64,000 nt of DNA, from contig NC_087250.1 of NCBI RefSeq assembly GCF_037042905.1, forward strand, positions 24,430,001-24,494,000. Reading direction: 5' to 3'. Origin of the DNA: Lytechinus pictus. Taxonomy: Eukaryota. Below are positions 1 through 13,470 of this stretch, one piece after another; positions within the stretch are counted from its first letter, which is position 1, and each line of letters opens with the position of its first letter. The notes beneath the pieces were generated by a model. That model ran no database searches. It was not told where the DNA came from and was given only the letters and a program-made list of their open reading frames with translations. Position numbers and translations under genes: made by a program.

Positions 1-2619
1 TAGCGGATCGAATAATATCATATTTTATATCATAAAAATCGTCTGCTTCTCAAGTTTGCTGATCCATATATGAAGCAAATTGACTGAAAGGCACATACTG
101 AAACAGGGGATCAGCCAACAAAAGTCAAGACCGGGAAACTGTTCCGTCTTTGAGTGATCAGATACCCTTGGTAGTCATGGTAATTGCTATTGTTACAACA
201 CCTGTATGTTCTCATTAAGATGCGCATAACCAGGTGACGGTGACTATCATTGGGTCAAAGAAATGCTCGCGTTAATCGTCCATCTTTTCATAGGTCCATG
301 ATCATACTAAGCTCTTAATGCTATGCAGGCAATCGCGTAATTTTCTATGAATATATACACAACAAAAAAAGTAAGTCCCCCCTAAGTCAAAATGCTGTAA
401 CTTTCGAACGGAATAATTTTGAGACATAATATTTCGTAGGTGATTTTTTACACTCATTAGGCAACTCCTGGGGGAAAATGAGATTGATCGATTGGGTCAT
501 GCATGAGTAATCAAAGACTAAATAAAAAATGACAATTTTTGAAAGTCACAGGAGTCGTTTTTCAGATTGTGTAAATACAAAGTTGGGCAAAGGTTGTTTT
601 TTGGTGAATTTTATGGCAATAATGTTGTTTTACTATCCATCGTTTAGCCACTCCACACAAAATGTTGATAACGTATGTTCATGGTTGAGTGAGCACATTG
701 TTTTTGTGATGACGCATCCTCTCATATGGGTTTATGGTAGTATCCTTTGTAACTTGTTAAAACATGTTAAAATCGGAAAATGTTAGTGGCTCCCTTCCCC
801 CAATTTCTCGACACCTCCCCACTCTCAAATTCTGGATCCACCACTTGTTTTTCTATAAATTCAACTGATCCGGAAAATTGTTAGGAAAAGAATACATTTA
901 TGCAGTAAATTGAGTATTAATTCCCAAGTTTTCGAGTGTGCTCACTCAACCATGACAGTGTAAAAGTTCGGAAAGTGTGTGGTGATAAAAATGATGGTTG
1001 ATAAAAACAACACGAATTATTAAAAAGTTACACCTGAAACCGAATTTGCCCCCATTATTCACTTTATAACCCCTAAAAATGAGTCTGTGACATTAAGAAT
1101 GCCCCCTTTCCCCCTTTGAGGCGTGCTCACTCATCCATAAACAAACAAATCGATTTCATTTTTGCATAGAATTCTGCCCAAAGGTTGATAAACATTACTG
1201 CCAAATGATGGTGCTAAAGATAGCTTTGAAAAAAAGTTCCACCATATTGAATAGGGATTACTTATTCTCAAAAATATGCGCTCATAGTGTACACAATGTC
1301 TATGAGAGAGGAAGCCAAAATTTTAACAAAAGTGAAATAAGGGTTTGTTTCATAGACGGTTTTTGTTACTTCTGCCAATAATTTCTTCGCACATGGCTTC
1401 AGTATAACACTATCCAAAGGGCTCGCACACTCGAATAACCATTCGATACGGCACAGAGCGGGGCCAAGGCCTTGAACTTTCTTCTCATTTGCATAATTTT
1501 CGAATGTTGTGTGCTCACTGAAGCATTAAATATCGGGATTTTCATAAAAATCCAATTAAATTAACTTTTCAAGAAGGTTTGTGACAGATATCCATAGTTA
1601 GCAATTTCATTTTTTCCAATAACGTAAAAAAGAGCTTATCACATTCCACATGTTCATTCAAGCGTAAATGCTTAACTAAACGCCTTTGAATCATTGAAAC
1701 ATGTTAATTGGTCACGAACATCACGAAAAAGGTTGAGAAAATAATTTCAGTTACCAAATTGAAGAATTACTTGCCAATGATATTTGAAAATCGTATTTTT
1801 TGTTTCCATTACATGTTCATTGAGCCGTGAAATGATGAATATTGTTGAAAATACTCTTCCCCAAAATAATTGTCATCATGTTCGATCATTTTCATCGATA
1901 GAAATGTGTAAAAATTCCATTAATGGCAAATTTTGACTGTGTTTATTCAACCGTGAAATTTAGCAAAAAAAGTTGTATCGTCTTTAAGAAAGTACCTTTT
2001 ACAAGCCTTTTGACTATTTTTCATGATGAAAATGTGGAATTCGTTCCAATAAACTGGAATCAAAGTCATGATATTTTGCTTGTGACTTTTAAAAAGTGAC
2101 AATTTTGCATTCTACCGGTGCTCACTGAAGCATAATATAAAATATGTCCGTAACATTCACTAAGAGGGTAGCTTATAACATTACCTACACGCTCATGTAA
2201 AAATATATTAACAACTCCCAGTGATTCGTATATAGTATGATCTATACACATACAGGGATTTATTGAAATTTCCTAAGGAATTGATCAATGCCAAAACAAT
2301 TTGGAGTGCGTTATGAATTGATTGAAACTTCAGATGTTTTTTGTCATTTACATTCGAGAGGTTACTTGTATTGATCGTCGTAAGTTTTAAAATATAGTTT
2401 CAAATAACATACGTTTTACAAAATTTTGAACACCCGTGATCGACAATCTTATTCAAGTGCTCTGTGAAATCAACGGGTAAATTTGATTACAGCTTATAGT
2501 CTAAATAATGATGTATTCGAAATTGATCATAAGGATACCTTATAAAACGTATCATGATCGGTTCACTAAAATCCCCAAACTGTTATTGACGTGCGTTATG
2601 AATAAATCACATCAAAGAT

Positions 2620-3812
2620 CCTGACAAGATACTTTATAAAGTGATCACACCTAATATGACACATTGTACTTTGATCACAACCATGATCTCTTTGATACGC
2701 TATAAATTGTCCAAAGCATGCCGCAATCTATCCACAAGGAAACTGTTATTGAAATATATTCTACATCTGTATTGAAGATTGATCATACCCAATGATTGAG
2801 ATGTATTGTAGATTGATCACACACAACGCCTAAGATCCTTTTGAGATGTATTGCAGACTGATGGAAATAAAAATCTATATTGTTGATTGATACCAGCCAA
2901 GTTCTAATTGAGATTTATTACAATTTGCAACCAAGATGTCGTTGAGTAGTATTGAACATGTTGAAGGTTGATCACACCTACAATCTTAGTGAGATGTTTG
3001 TAATTTGCTTACAATCAAAATCTTAATGAATTATATTTCAGATTATTCACAATCAAGATCTTAATCATGTTAATGAAATATATTTCAGATTATTCATGAT
3101 TTAGTTTCTAATGAGATACATTTCAGGTTATTCACTATCAAGATCTTATTGGAATATATTGTAAATTGATCACTATAAACATCTATATTGTAATTTAATC
3201 ACAACCAGGATCTTATTGAAATGTATTTTCATTTGAGTTTTTTACAACCGAGATGTGTATGGTAGATTGATAACAGCCAAGATCTACTTGTATATTGATC
3301 AAAGTCAATATCTAATGGAGATGCATTATTTATAGATGGTTCACAACCAGGATCTTTTTATAGATTGAACACAGACAAGATCTGTACTGAAGATTGATCA
3401 TAACCAGGCTCTTGAATGTGGATTTATTAAAATAAAGATCTATATTGTAGATTAATCACAACTAAGATCTTGATGTGATGCATTATTATTATCGATTGTT
3501 CACAACCAAGATCTTTATTGCAGTTTGATCACAACTAAGATTGATCACATTGAAGATTGATCACAACCGGGTTCCTTCATGTGGATTTACTACAATCAGG
3601 ATCTACATTGTAGATTGATCACAACTAGGATCTTGATGTGATGCATTATCATTATAGATTGTTCACAACCAAAATCTTTCTTGCAGTTTGATCACAACAA
3701 ATATAACAAATAAGATCTAAAATACTTGGTTCACAACCTGGATCTTATTGTAGACTGACGACCAAGATCTGTATTCAAGATTGATCACAAACAAGATTAT
3801 TTAGATGCATTA
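2620..3812. repeat. Degenerate ~35-40 bp tandem repeat (core TTGATCACAACCAAGATCTTATTGA); resumes at 8801-8900
   Basis: The GATCACAACCAAGATC motif recurs throughout. The array continues right after the element ending at 8798. Confidence 0.8.
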
Positions 3813-4146
3813 TATAGTGCGTCCCACAAAAAAACACCGAGATTTAGCGATGATTTATCATAACTTAATCATAAATACAATAGACAAATGACCTATCAAT
3901 GTAAAGCTTAGAATCTCCTCTTTCATCTAATATTATTTAGATTATTCCTCATTCACGCATGAGTGAGCAGAAACAATTTGAAGAAAGGATACCAAAAACT
4001 CATTTGGCGGGGGGTATCTGTATTTAAAAAAGAAAATCACGTGCCTAAAGAGTTCAATATATATTTGATACCTTAATCACAAAAAACGGTCCAGAATTAA
4101 AAAAGTTTGGATTGCCATTATTTCATTAAATAAGCGTGTTTTCGCC

Positions 4147-7100
4147 GGCTTATTATAACCACTCGGGTCGCGTTCGAAATCACTCAGGTTTTGGATTTTT
4201 GACGATTTTTTTTTTATTTCGATTCGATTTTTCTTTTACGGTGTCTTCAATGGGACAAATACGCTGGGAAAATAAAATGAAATTGAAATGCGAGTTTCGT
4301 TTTAAGCTGGCAAGTGCCTTAAATAAGATGTACTCGACTACTGTTTTAACATAACAAACAAGCAAATTAACAATGTGGCTCAACTAAATTAGAATAGATC
4401 CGGACTTCTACTGTGTCCTATACGAGGACTCCGAGTCGGAACTTGCCATATCTGCCACATCGATATTACATCGCATCATTCCCATATGCGGATATGCCTG
4501 CATGTAATGGCCCCAAGGCGGGACCCGGCCGCGGTCGGACACGACGTGCATCGGTAGCATGGAGCAAGCTAACGTGAGTCGAGCCGAGGTAGATCCAACG
4601 TACGTTATACAGTGCCAGTCAGTAGCCGTCCGAAAGTATTTTATTCAGCGGTATGCATAGCCATCCGTGGTTTAATGCATATACGTAATGAGCTGTGAAG
4701 ACGATCTTTCCGATGGGCGTTTTAAAATGTTGCTCATAGAATTGTAAATTTCTCATAAAATTTGTCTTATTTTATAGATAAAAGGACCATATCGTGTTTT
4801 AAGTAACTGGAGACCAAAACAATTCCCCACCTAAAATTATTTCTCTCTCTCTCTCTCTCTGTCTCTCCTTCCGAAATTAAAACAGTCCCTCGGACACAGT
4901 TAAGACGCAGGACAAATATTGCTCTGACAACCAAACTAACTTCTCATCAGCATCAGTAAAAATGTGAATGGGCTTTTAAAACTAATACTAAAACTGATCT
5001 AAAATTGAACTTAAATCGATTATAAAATCAATTTTGAAATCGTAATTATACCTGTCTTAATTATTCCATCAACCCCTCTTTTCTCTCCTCCTTCTTTCAA
5101 AACCACTCTGCAACTTTTAGACAATTCTAAAATCGATTTTAAAATCGTATCTTAAATTGATTTCAAAAACTCAAACATTTTTTAAGACAGTTGGCCAGCC
5201 ACGCGATCACCTTGTCAATCCCTGTTATTTTCTCCTCCTTTAGGGCTCTCCCTGTATTAAAAAAAACATTAAAATCCCAAAGAAGGAGCCCTAAAGGAGG
5301 ACTAAATAATAAGGATTGAAATTAGAATTATAACTGTTTAAAATGGGCAGAGTGGTTTTGAAGAGGAGGGACAAGACTCAGTCTTTGTTGTAAATCGGAT
5401 CAAAAATCATATCAGATCGATAATCGGATCGACAGTTAAGCTTCGAAAATCGAATCGAAAATCGAATAGGCGATGTTTAAAAACAAAGGAATACATCAAA
5501 ATTTTGTTCGCGGTCGCGCGCATCTTCCTTTCAAAGTCACAAAGACGAATGCATTGGAATGGAAGTCGCCAACATGCGCGATCGTGTGGAACATGTTTTC
5601 AAGGGGTTTTGAGGCGTTACTGCTTTAAAATAAACCGAGTGATTTTTATTAGAAAGATAAACGAAAGACGCATCTTCCGAATAAAGTCGCAAAGGAAAAT
5701 AAAATGAAAATAATTCTCATAGATCCCAGGTTAATGAACGATCGGCGGGACATCTTTTATAAGTATTTTTTAGGTGCTAGCGATTTAGAATTGTTGGAAT
5801 GATCTCTTGATCTCATACAACGCATCATCTTAAAGTCGCACGTGCAATTAAAATGTATAGTAGAAGTCGCAAGCACGCGCGATGATTCGGAACATGATAT
5901 TAAAATGCTTTGGGGAGCTAGCGTTTTCAAATCAATTTATTACTATCTTTAAAAATGAACTTTTGATATCAAAGAAGAAATATAAAAGAAGCATCTCCCG
6001 ACGAAGTTGCAAAGACAAATAAATTGAGATTGAAGAGAAAATGTATATCATCATAAACGATTTAAGAGAGTAACGCAATTAGCTCCGTCAGTAGTACGAT
6101 CTTTAAAAGTTCACGGCTGGGTCTGCTATCACCACGAGGTTGAAGAGAAGTTGTCTATCATCATAAAGGAGGTAAGAGATTAGCGCAATGATGTCCGTCG
6201 GTAATACGACCTTTAAAGTTCACGGCGGCGTTCGCTATCACCACGAGGTTGAAGAGAAGATAATCTATCCTCGTAAACATCGTCAGAGATGATACCGCGT
6301 CTTTCTCCCTGATTAATGCAACCTCTAAATAGCTAGCACCTCAAAAAAAATATTGAAATATGTATTGAACGATCATGCACTGTAACTAGATCTTCGCCGA
6401 TTTTTTATATCCAATTTTTTCCTTCAAGGGGCATGATCGAAGATCGGCAGGTGATCGACGATTGCCGTTAAATCGGGAGCCGATTTTAAAATATGTTAAT
6501 TAGAACAGGTACAATAACGATTTTAAAATTGATTTAAAATCGATTTTCAAAATCAATTTTAAAATCGATCTAAGATCAATTTTAGATCAGTTTTAGTATT
6601 AGTTTTAAAAGCCCATTCACATCTTTACCGACGCTGACGAGAAGTTAGTTTGGTTGTCAGAGCATTATTATTCCTGCGTCTAAATAACTGTGTCCGATCG
6701 ATGGACCGTTTTAATTTCGGAAAGGTAGGAGAGACAGAGAGAAAGACTGATCCCCGTTCAGCTCAACGTATACGTTTCGCACGCGAGCCCAAAGAAGATC
6801 AATCAAGCACATCACCTAATGCAATGTCTCGAGAATTTAGGTAGGGAATTTGTTAGGTCTCCAGTTACTTAAAACACGATATGGCCATTTTATCTATAAA
6901 ATAAGACACATTTTATGAGAAATGGACAATAATTAAGAGCAAAATTTTAAAACGCCTATCGGAAAGATCGTCCTCAAAGCTCATTACGCATTAGACAGCT
7001 GGCAGCCGTCTGTTTCGAGGAGTTTTTTAACATTTTTATTTCTCCTCGTACACAGACGGCTCGCTATCGTGCAGCCACCATTAGGGGGTTAACAATGTTC

Positions 7101-8339
7101 TTCATATATGGTCAAGATTGTCCTACTTTACTTTTACTTACATACGATTAAGATAACTATAAATTTATCCCAAGGGACTTACTATTACAAGCTTTGCTTT
7201 TTAATAAGTCCCTCATTTTCATTTTCACATGCTAACTGTAATCTATAATTTGTCTAATTATCAAAATGTGTTTGGAACAAAAAGAATTATATATACTCCG
7301 ACTATTTCCTACGAATTTGTTAATTAGTTATTGAAGTATTCTTAGGACACTTATTCTGTTATGTACATTCATACATATATGTTCGTTATGTTTATTATCA
7401 GAAAATGGAAGTGAAATAAACTAAACTAAAACCGAAAACTGAAACAATGCAAAATCCACCAGACGGGGCTCATCGATTTTTGTCTTTATTTCATAAAAAT
7501 ATATATGAAAAGAACTGTACCAAAATAAAGATTATTATTCAGTTTTGTCCTAAAATACACCAAAAAACGGGGGAAAATAAACTTAAAAGGGGGGGAAAAC
7601 AGTGACTAATTACTTCGGCTGTCGCGCAACTTCACTTCCCTGTTTTATTGGAACTTAATACATAAACTTATGGCCATTGAGTCCCTGTACAGATCGAGCT
7701 AGAACTTCGGTCTCTGTATTGGTGAGTGGAGCCAACGGAGTTCAGCGGAACAACAAACATAACAGAGACCGAAGCTTTTGGTCTAATGACGTATATATAT
7801 ATATGCATTAAACCACGGATGGCTGGCTATGCATACCGCTGAATAAAATACTTCCGGACGAGCTGCGGACTGACTGGCACTGTAACGTGGGATCTAACTC
7901 GGCTCGACTCACGTTAGCTTGCTCCATGCTACCGATGCACGTCGTGTCCGACCGCAACCGGGTCCCGCTTTGGGGCCATTTCATGCAGGCATGTGCGCCC
8001 ATGGGAATGACGATTTAATATCGATATGGCAGATATGGCAAGTTCCGACTCGGAGTCCTCGTATAGGACACAGTAGAAGTCAGGATATGGCTGATTTGCT
8101 TGTTTGTGATGTTAAAACAGTAGGCGAGTGCATTTTATTTAAGGCACTTGCCGGCTTAAAACGAAACTCGAATTTCAATTTCATTTTATTTTCCCAGCGT
8201 GTTTGTCCCATTGAAGACACCGTTGGAAAAAAAATCGCATCGAAATAAAAAAATCGCCCCAAATCCAAAACCCGCGTGATTTTGAACACGACCCGAGTGA
8301 GTGCCAACCTGCCCGCGACACGAGTGATTATAATAAGCC
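4147..8339. mobile_element. Non-autonomous foldback DNA transposon with ~900-bp inverted arms (GG termini, 8-bp TSD; Merlin- or MULE-like)
   Basis: GGCTTATTATAACCACTCG ... CGAGTGATTATAATAAGCC, flanked by TTTTCGCC and TTTTCACC. Left arm 4147-~5064 mirrors ~6497-6988 plus 7789-8339. Confidence 0.85.
6989..7788. mobile_element. CACTA/EnSpm-like non-autonomous element (CATTAGAC TIR, 3-bp TSD ACG)
   Basis: ACG|CATTAGAC ... GTCTAATG|ACG. The empty site is visible in the opposite arm of the host (4670-4690). Confidence 0.75.
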
Positions 8340-9222
8340 TTTTCACCGGTTTCCTACAGAAGCTATCGCACGGTTAAGACTTAATGCATGGCTGATCGTC
8401 AACAAAACGGAGTGTCGAGTGAGTTTGAATGCTAGCCTGTAAAACCTCTTCATTTTATGAAATTATTGAAAATCAAGCCTTTTTTCAAATGACCAGAACT
8501 TTGTTATTTCTTAACCATTTTAAGTAATTGAGGTATCAAATAAAAGAGCAGATATTGAACTTTTTAGGCATGTGATTTTCTTTTTGAAATTCAGATACCC
8601 CCCACCAAATGAGTTTTTGGTATCCTTTTTCAAATTGTCTTTGCTCACTCATGCGTGAAAGGGGAATAATCTTAGTAATATCAGATGAAAGAGGAGATTT
8701 TAAGCTTTACAATGGTAGGTCATTTGTTTATTGTATTTGTGATTAAGTTATGATAAATCATCGATAAATCTCGGTTTCGTTTTTTGTTGGACGCACTGTA
8801 TAGATGGTTCACAACCAAGATCTTATCGAGATGTTCTGTAAATGTTTCACAGCCAAGATGTAATTGAGAAATATTTTAGATTGTCCACAATCAATTTCAG
8901 ATGAAATATTTTGTATGATTTGTGACGTTTTCCTTGCAGTCCTGGATTTACTTTCAAATCGCTCAATTCATTTATAATTTGATTGCCTTTTTGGACTAAG
9001 ATTACATTAATCCAATTAGCATTTACATATATAGTATATTTGTTGTGACCCAAAGTCACTGAAACCATAGCAAATACTGCATTTGCTTGTCAGTATTATC
9101 ATGTTTTACTCATGCTTAAATCTATTCATGAATTTACTTTTGAAAACGATGCGTAATGTATTCAGGAATCTACAAGAAATTCTCTGCTCTGCTTTTACAA
9201 CGTTAAGTAGTATCAATATAGT

Positions 9223-10177
9223 TGTTACGGTACTGCAACAAATACCAATGAAAATTTAGTTTTAAATTTGATTTCATTTTCTTTTTTTTACAGGACATAT
9301 GTGGATCCCTAAACAAAACATGAATAAATATTGATCTTACATCTCTTGAAATGTCAGTTTTGATTATAATCCAAAGTTAAATCCAGATAAAATCCAAGTT
9401 GGTTGGCGAAAATTCCTTAAATTAAAGTTCACAATGATGGAAATGATGAAACAGATGTTGAAGCACGATGAATAACAAGAGTAACTGTTATGAGTTGAAA
9501 TGTCCGTGAAGACGATGTTGATGATGATTAACAGTCGATTTCATCAATCCATGGGTTGAAAAGCGTTCATTAAAACAGCTTGATGATCTCGACGAGAACT
9601 GAGAATTCCTCTCTCAAAGTAACTGCAAACAGTTCATTGATGGCGTGCAAATAATTCCACAGAAGATAAACGTTGTATTCCAGTTGGAAATAACCTATGC
9701 TCTGACATAAAGTCTGGTCTGAAACACTGAATTCTGATCTGATGTGATGATGTCCTTAAAGAAACTGCCAGCTTATATACAAATTATTCACTATTCTGGA
9801 AGCTTCTAATATTGTCTACAAAAAGGACATTCTGTCAATTTCTAGAGCAGTCTAATTTTAGAAGACTCTTGAATGACCTCAGTGAAATTAACAATGTGAA
9901 CAACATAACTTATCCTATAGTCCTTTACACTGCCACTAGTCTATTGTCTACATTCCATAAATAACAAATATTACTCAGCCTATTAAAGAACATGCCTAAC
10001 AAAGCTTTACTGAGACATTCTGGAATATTCTTAATCATTCTATGCTATTAAAGAGAAAATAACTAAATAAATGAATGTAATGCTTTAACATAGTTAGAAT
10101 CAAATATGTACGATCATTTGACCCTTGAATAGTTTAATGACAGAGGCTCCTGTAAATAACCCTCCCCCTTCCAGACA
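9223..10177 (-). mobile_element. LTR-like interspersed repeat (possible solo LTR), copy 1
   Basis: 9223-9816 is the reverse complement of 60063-60637. On the minus strand it has a TATA-like motif near 9775 and ends in GTAACA. No TSD found; the right boundary is uncertain. Confidence 0.5.
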
Positions 10178-10528
10178 CAAATAACTGTGTACGTTCATTG
10201 TGATTTAAATCACGCTTCCCCAAACTTATTTTATTTGCTTGCATAGATATACTGAGTAGGCCTATACATTTTTAATACTATTTCTCTTGACATCATTCTT
10301 ATCTAATTTCTATTTGTGGTTCTTTGTATATAACTATGTTCAAGCAGGTTCCTACCAAAATCATGCAGAAATTCGTAATTACCAAAAGGGAATCTCTAAA
10401 ATTCTATACACAAGCAGGGGTTAACCATCGTCGGCTCACAATTTCGCTCTATTATCTCAAACATGCTCTATTTAAATGTAATGTTTTCATTAGATATCAT
10501 GCTTTCTTCTATTTCTTTCTCTCATATA

Positions 10529-11170
10529 TAGTCAATTTGAAATTTTTCGAACATAGAAATGTTTTTTCCGATGAAGCTCTTTTCTTGATTCATGTTCATA
10601 TGGGGTCCTAGAACAATTCAGCTTGGTTGCCCAAAGTTGCCGTTTGGGCAATTTTGCTAATTTGCATAAATTCAAAATGGCCGCCACATGCCACCTTAAA
10701 AACCTAACTTTTGAACCCTTTGCCCCAAAATGATGAAGAATAACTCATATTATGGGTTAAGGGGTGTGTAGAATCCATTCATATTATTATTTTTTGCAAT
10801 ATAATGTAATCTTCAGGTCAAATCCAAGATGGCCGCCATATGCCATCTTGAAAATTGAATTTGAACCCCTTGCCCCAGAATGATGAGTAATACATTTGTT
10901 TAAGGGTTTTGGGGTGTGTAGAATCTCTTTCTGCTATCTATTATGCAATATAAGGTCATCTTCAGGTCAAATCTAAGATGGCCACCAGATGACGCCATCT
11001 TGAAATATTACCTTTAAACCCTTTCCCCCAGAATCATGAATGATAACTCTATTCGTGAGTTATTTGGTATGATGATTCAATTTCTGATGTTATTTTACAA
11101 TAAAGGATAATCTTCAGATCGAATTCAAGATGGCCGCCAAATGCCATCTTGAAAAATTACTTTCCGAGGC
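10529..11170 (+). mobile_element. Left terminal arm of an Academ-like DNA transposon (TAG start, tandem CAAGATGGCCGCC units)
   Basis: Starts TAGT and has ~150-bp internal repeats. It is an inverted match to 18290-18815. Confidence 0.55.
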
Positions 11171-11385
11171 TTATAGTGTAAAAGCTTATGAAAGGGGATA
11201 TCAGTAAGAATACTTATTTCTTTTATTTATTCTAAATTTTTAGTTCAAGGGGAAGTCAGATCGGAGATGTTGTCAGACGTTCGACATTAACTGCTCACTT
11301 TAGAATGAATGCTCTTTAGGTTCTGGCTATGATCAATTTCGCGTGTATTTTTATATCTTTTAATGTTCATCCATACTTTTGTATT

Positions 11386-11620
11386 GTAGCGAACCAGTCC
11401 GCTACGGTTTTTGGTTATAATGCAGTTAACGTAGATGGCGCTATAGCTTTTGGTGCGTTAGAACTCAATGATCGACTTACGCAACGCACTGCGTAAGGCA
11501 GCTCTCGGAGACTATAAATAGCGGAGTTTCGCAGTGATCTCGTCACTTCGACGCTGGCGGAGGTCGGAGTCGGACGAAGAACTCCCTGCGCTCCTCTCCA
11601 ACTGGGCTGAATCAAGAAAA
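11386..11620 (+). mobile_element. Possible LTR fragment
   Basis: Begins TGTAGCG, is GC-rich relative to its flanks, and has TATAAATA at ~11513. No second copy or TSD. Confidence 0.3.
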
Positions 11621-12169
11621 GGTTTGAAAATGAACATTGCTCGCTTAATTTCTACTACTGCAAATACAATTCTGGATAATTGGTGACGGTGTTAATGGTG
11701 ATAACATGTAAGAGATGCTGAATGTATAATTAAATTATGACCGTTGTCATAAACCAAATGTAATCATCGTCTCCAACCTGTGTGATCTATGGAATCCGAT
11801 TGACTTCTACAGTATAGGCCTTCCCATAGAGATTATACAGCTCCAATAGAAATCCCCTGTAATTATATATTTTACCTGTTCACACTACCTCTCAACACTC
11901 CACCCCCATATATTTTGGGAAAACGGAACACGCCCGGGTCTCTACATAACGCCATACGGAAACCGCTCGCATTAAGGATGGCTAGCAATTCATCAACAGA
12001 TGAAGGTGATAGAGGCAAGGGACAGGCCGGCCCCCCAGCATCTAGGACCCGATCCAAGACGGAGGGCCGCCACAGTATTGAAGAGGCTTTAAAGTCTTAT
12101 TTGAATTTGAAAGTATTTCTCCATATTTTTCCTAATCAGAATGTTTAATGATAGGTAGGCACAAAAGTT

Positions 12170-12477
12170 CTACTTAAAAAAATAAAAATTCCTGTAGCAG
12201 AGTCTCGAGAACACCTGTAATCTTACTGCACTGTGTTATCTAACATACATTTGTTTAAAATTACAGAAAATTGATATTTGGTGTATGTAACTTTAAAGAA
12301 ATTATTGTAATAAGACTGTTTTCCCCTTTTTAAAAACAGACCTGTTCTGTAAAATTCTAGAAAAATTGTTTTAAAAAATCTTTCCTGTTATAACAATTTA
12401 CAGAATGATTTGGTTAGTTCTTTCTGTAAAATAAGTTGTTTTTTTTTCTTCTGTAAAATCTCTTTTTTCTAACAGTG
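12170..12477 (-). mobile_element. Degenerate copy of the CACTG-terminus MITE at 16839-17103
   Basis: Reverse-complement similarity (AACAGACCTGTTCTGT, CCTGTAGCAGAGTCT). Ends AACAGTG; the left terminus has decayed. Confidence 0.65.
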
Positions 12478-13470
12478 CATTAGTTCGTCTCAAAAGACGA
12501 TGTTGTAGCGAGCTATACATTTCCGAGAGTGGCTGTATAGCTCCGCTCTTGAGTGGCAGTCTCTAAAGCAAATTTGTACAAATGAAGGAGGATAGCGCTG
12601 AGACAGGTTCAGATAGAGATGCTGCCCTAGCCTTCCTCCTTGGTCTTTGGCCTGCCAATGTAGCATTCTGATTATTTTATGACGTCTTGACCCCTGTACT
12701 TAGTAGCTCTCCATAGATTGCGACTATCATCTACATCATCATAGGTGATAGTGTTTATGCCGGCAAATTCTATGTCACGTTTGCAGGTGTGTTTATAACT
12801 GAGGTGTGATCTATCTCGGGAAAAATCACACAGCTTTAATCTATCTCGGGAAAAATCACACAGCTTACCTTACATTGGCGAATCCTTTCTAGGATTTTCC
12901 AAAGTTTCATGCGGCGAACATGCCCCAACCACATGAGGCATCTTTCACTAAGGAGCGAGAATAAGCTGGGGATGTCAGCATGCACATACGCTGAAGGGCC
13001 TTATATTTTTCACTCTGTCCCGCCATTTAATGGGCAGGATACGTCCGAGGCAGTTGACCTGGAAGATGTTTAGCCGCTTTTCTTGATCGGCGTACGTTTT
13101 CCAGGACTTGTTTCTGTTCAGGAGCTTGGCCATGGCTGTGACAGATTTTCCTATTCTGGTGCTTATCTCCTTGTCCAGTGAAAGGGAACTAGGGACATAT
13201 AGTCAATCCAAGGTAGGTGAGGAGTCCACCACAACCAGACAAGTGCGTGCTGTTGATAGGAAAGTCAGTGTCTTGAGTCGATCAGGATTTCTGTCTTACA
13301 GGCTGATGGGTGATTCAAACTCCTTACATGCGCAGGACAGGTGACTGTATGACTAGGATTGTTTTGGCACTTAGCTGCATGGTCGATTTTTCCCATCTGC
13401 TCTGGTACGGATGTACATGTAGATGCCTTCTGTGCATTCTCTAAACGCATTCTGGGAAAGCATTGCTTCA
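12478..13470 (-). mobile_element. 5'-truncated, decayed RTE-clade LINE (RT C-terminal half and terminal C2H2-like motif)
   Basis: Minus-strand peptides across frameshifts: EGIYMYIRTRADGK, SLDKEISTRIGKSVTAMAKL, KRLNIFQVNCLGRILPIKWRDRV, WLGHVRRM, FICTN..RDCHSRAELYSHSRKC. Confidence 0.85.

Larger units (their letters stand above)
3815..8798. mobile_element. Tc1/mariner-type MITE split by a nested 4.2-kb insertion
   Basis: Termini (C/T)AGTGCGTCCCACAAAAAA ... TTTTTTGTTGGACGCACTG with TA on both sides. Arms 3815-4146 and 8340-8798 match the uninterrupted copy at 51970-52784 in reverse orientation. Confidence 0.9.

Noticed and set aside
4136..8346. Mirror-image short ORFs (4136-4354, 4180-4383, 7919-8248, 8080-8346)
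   Set aside because: They arise from the two inverted arms of the foldback element and show no transposase motifs.
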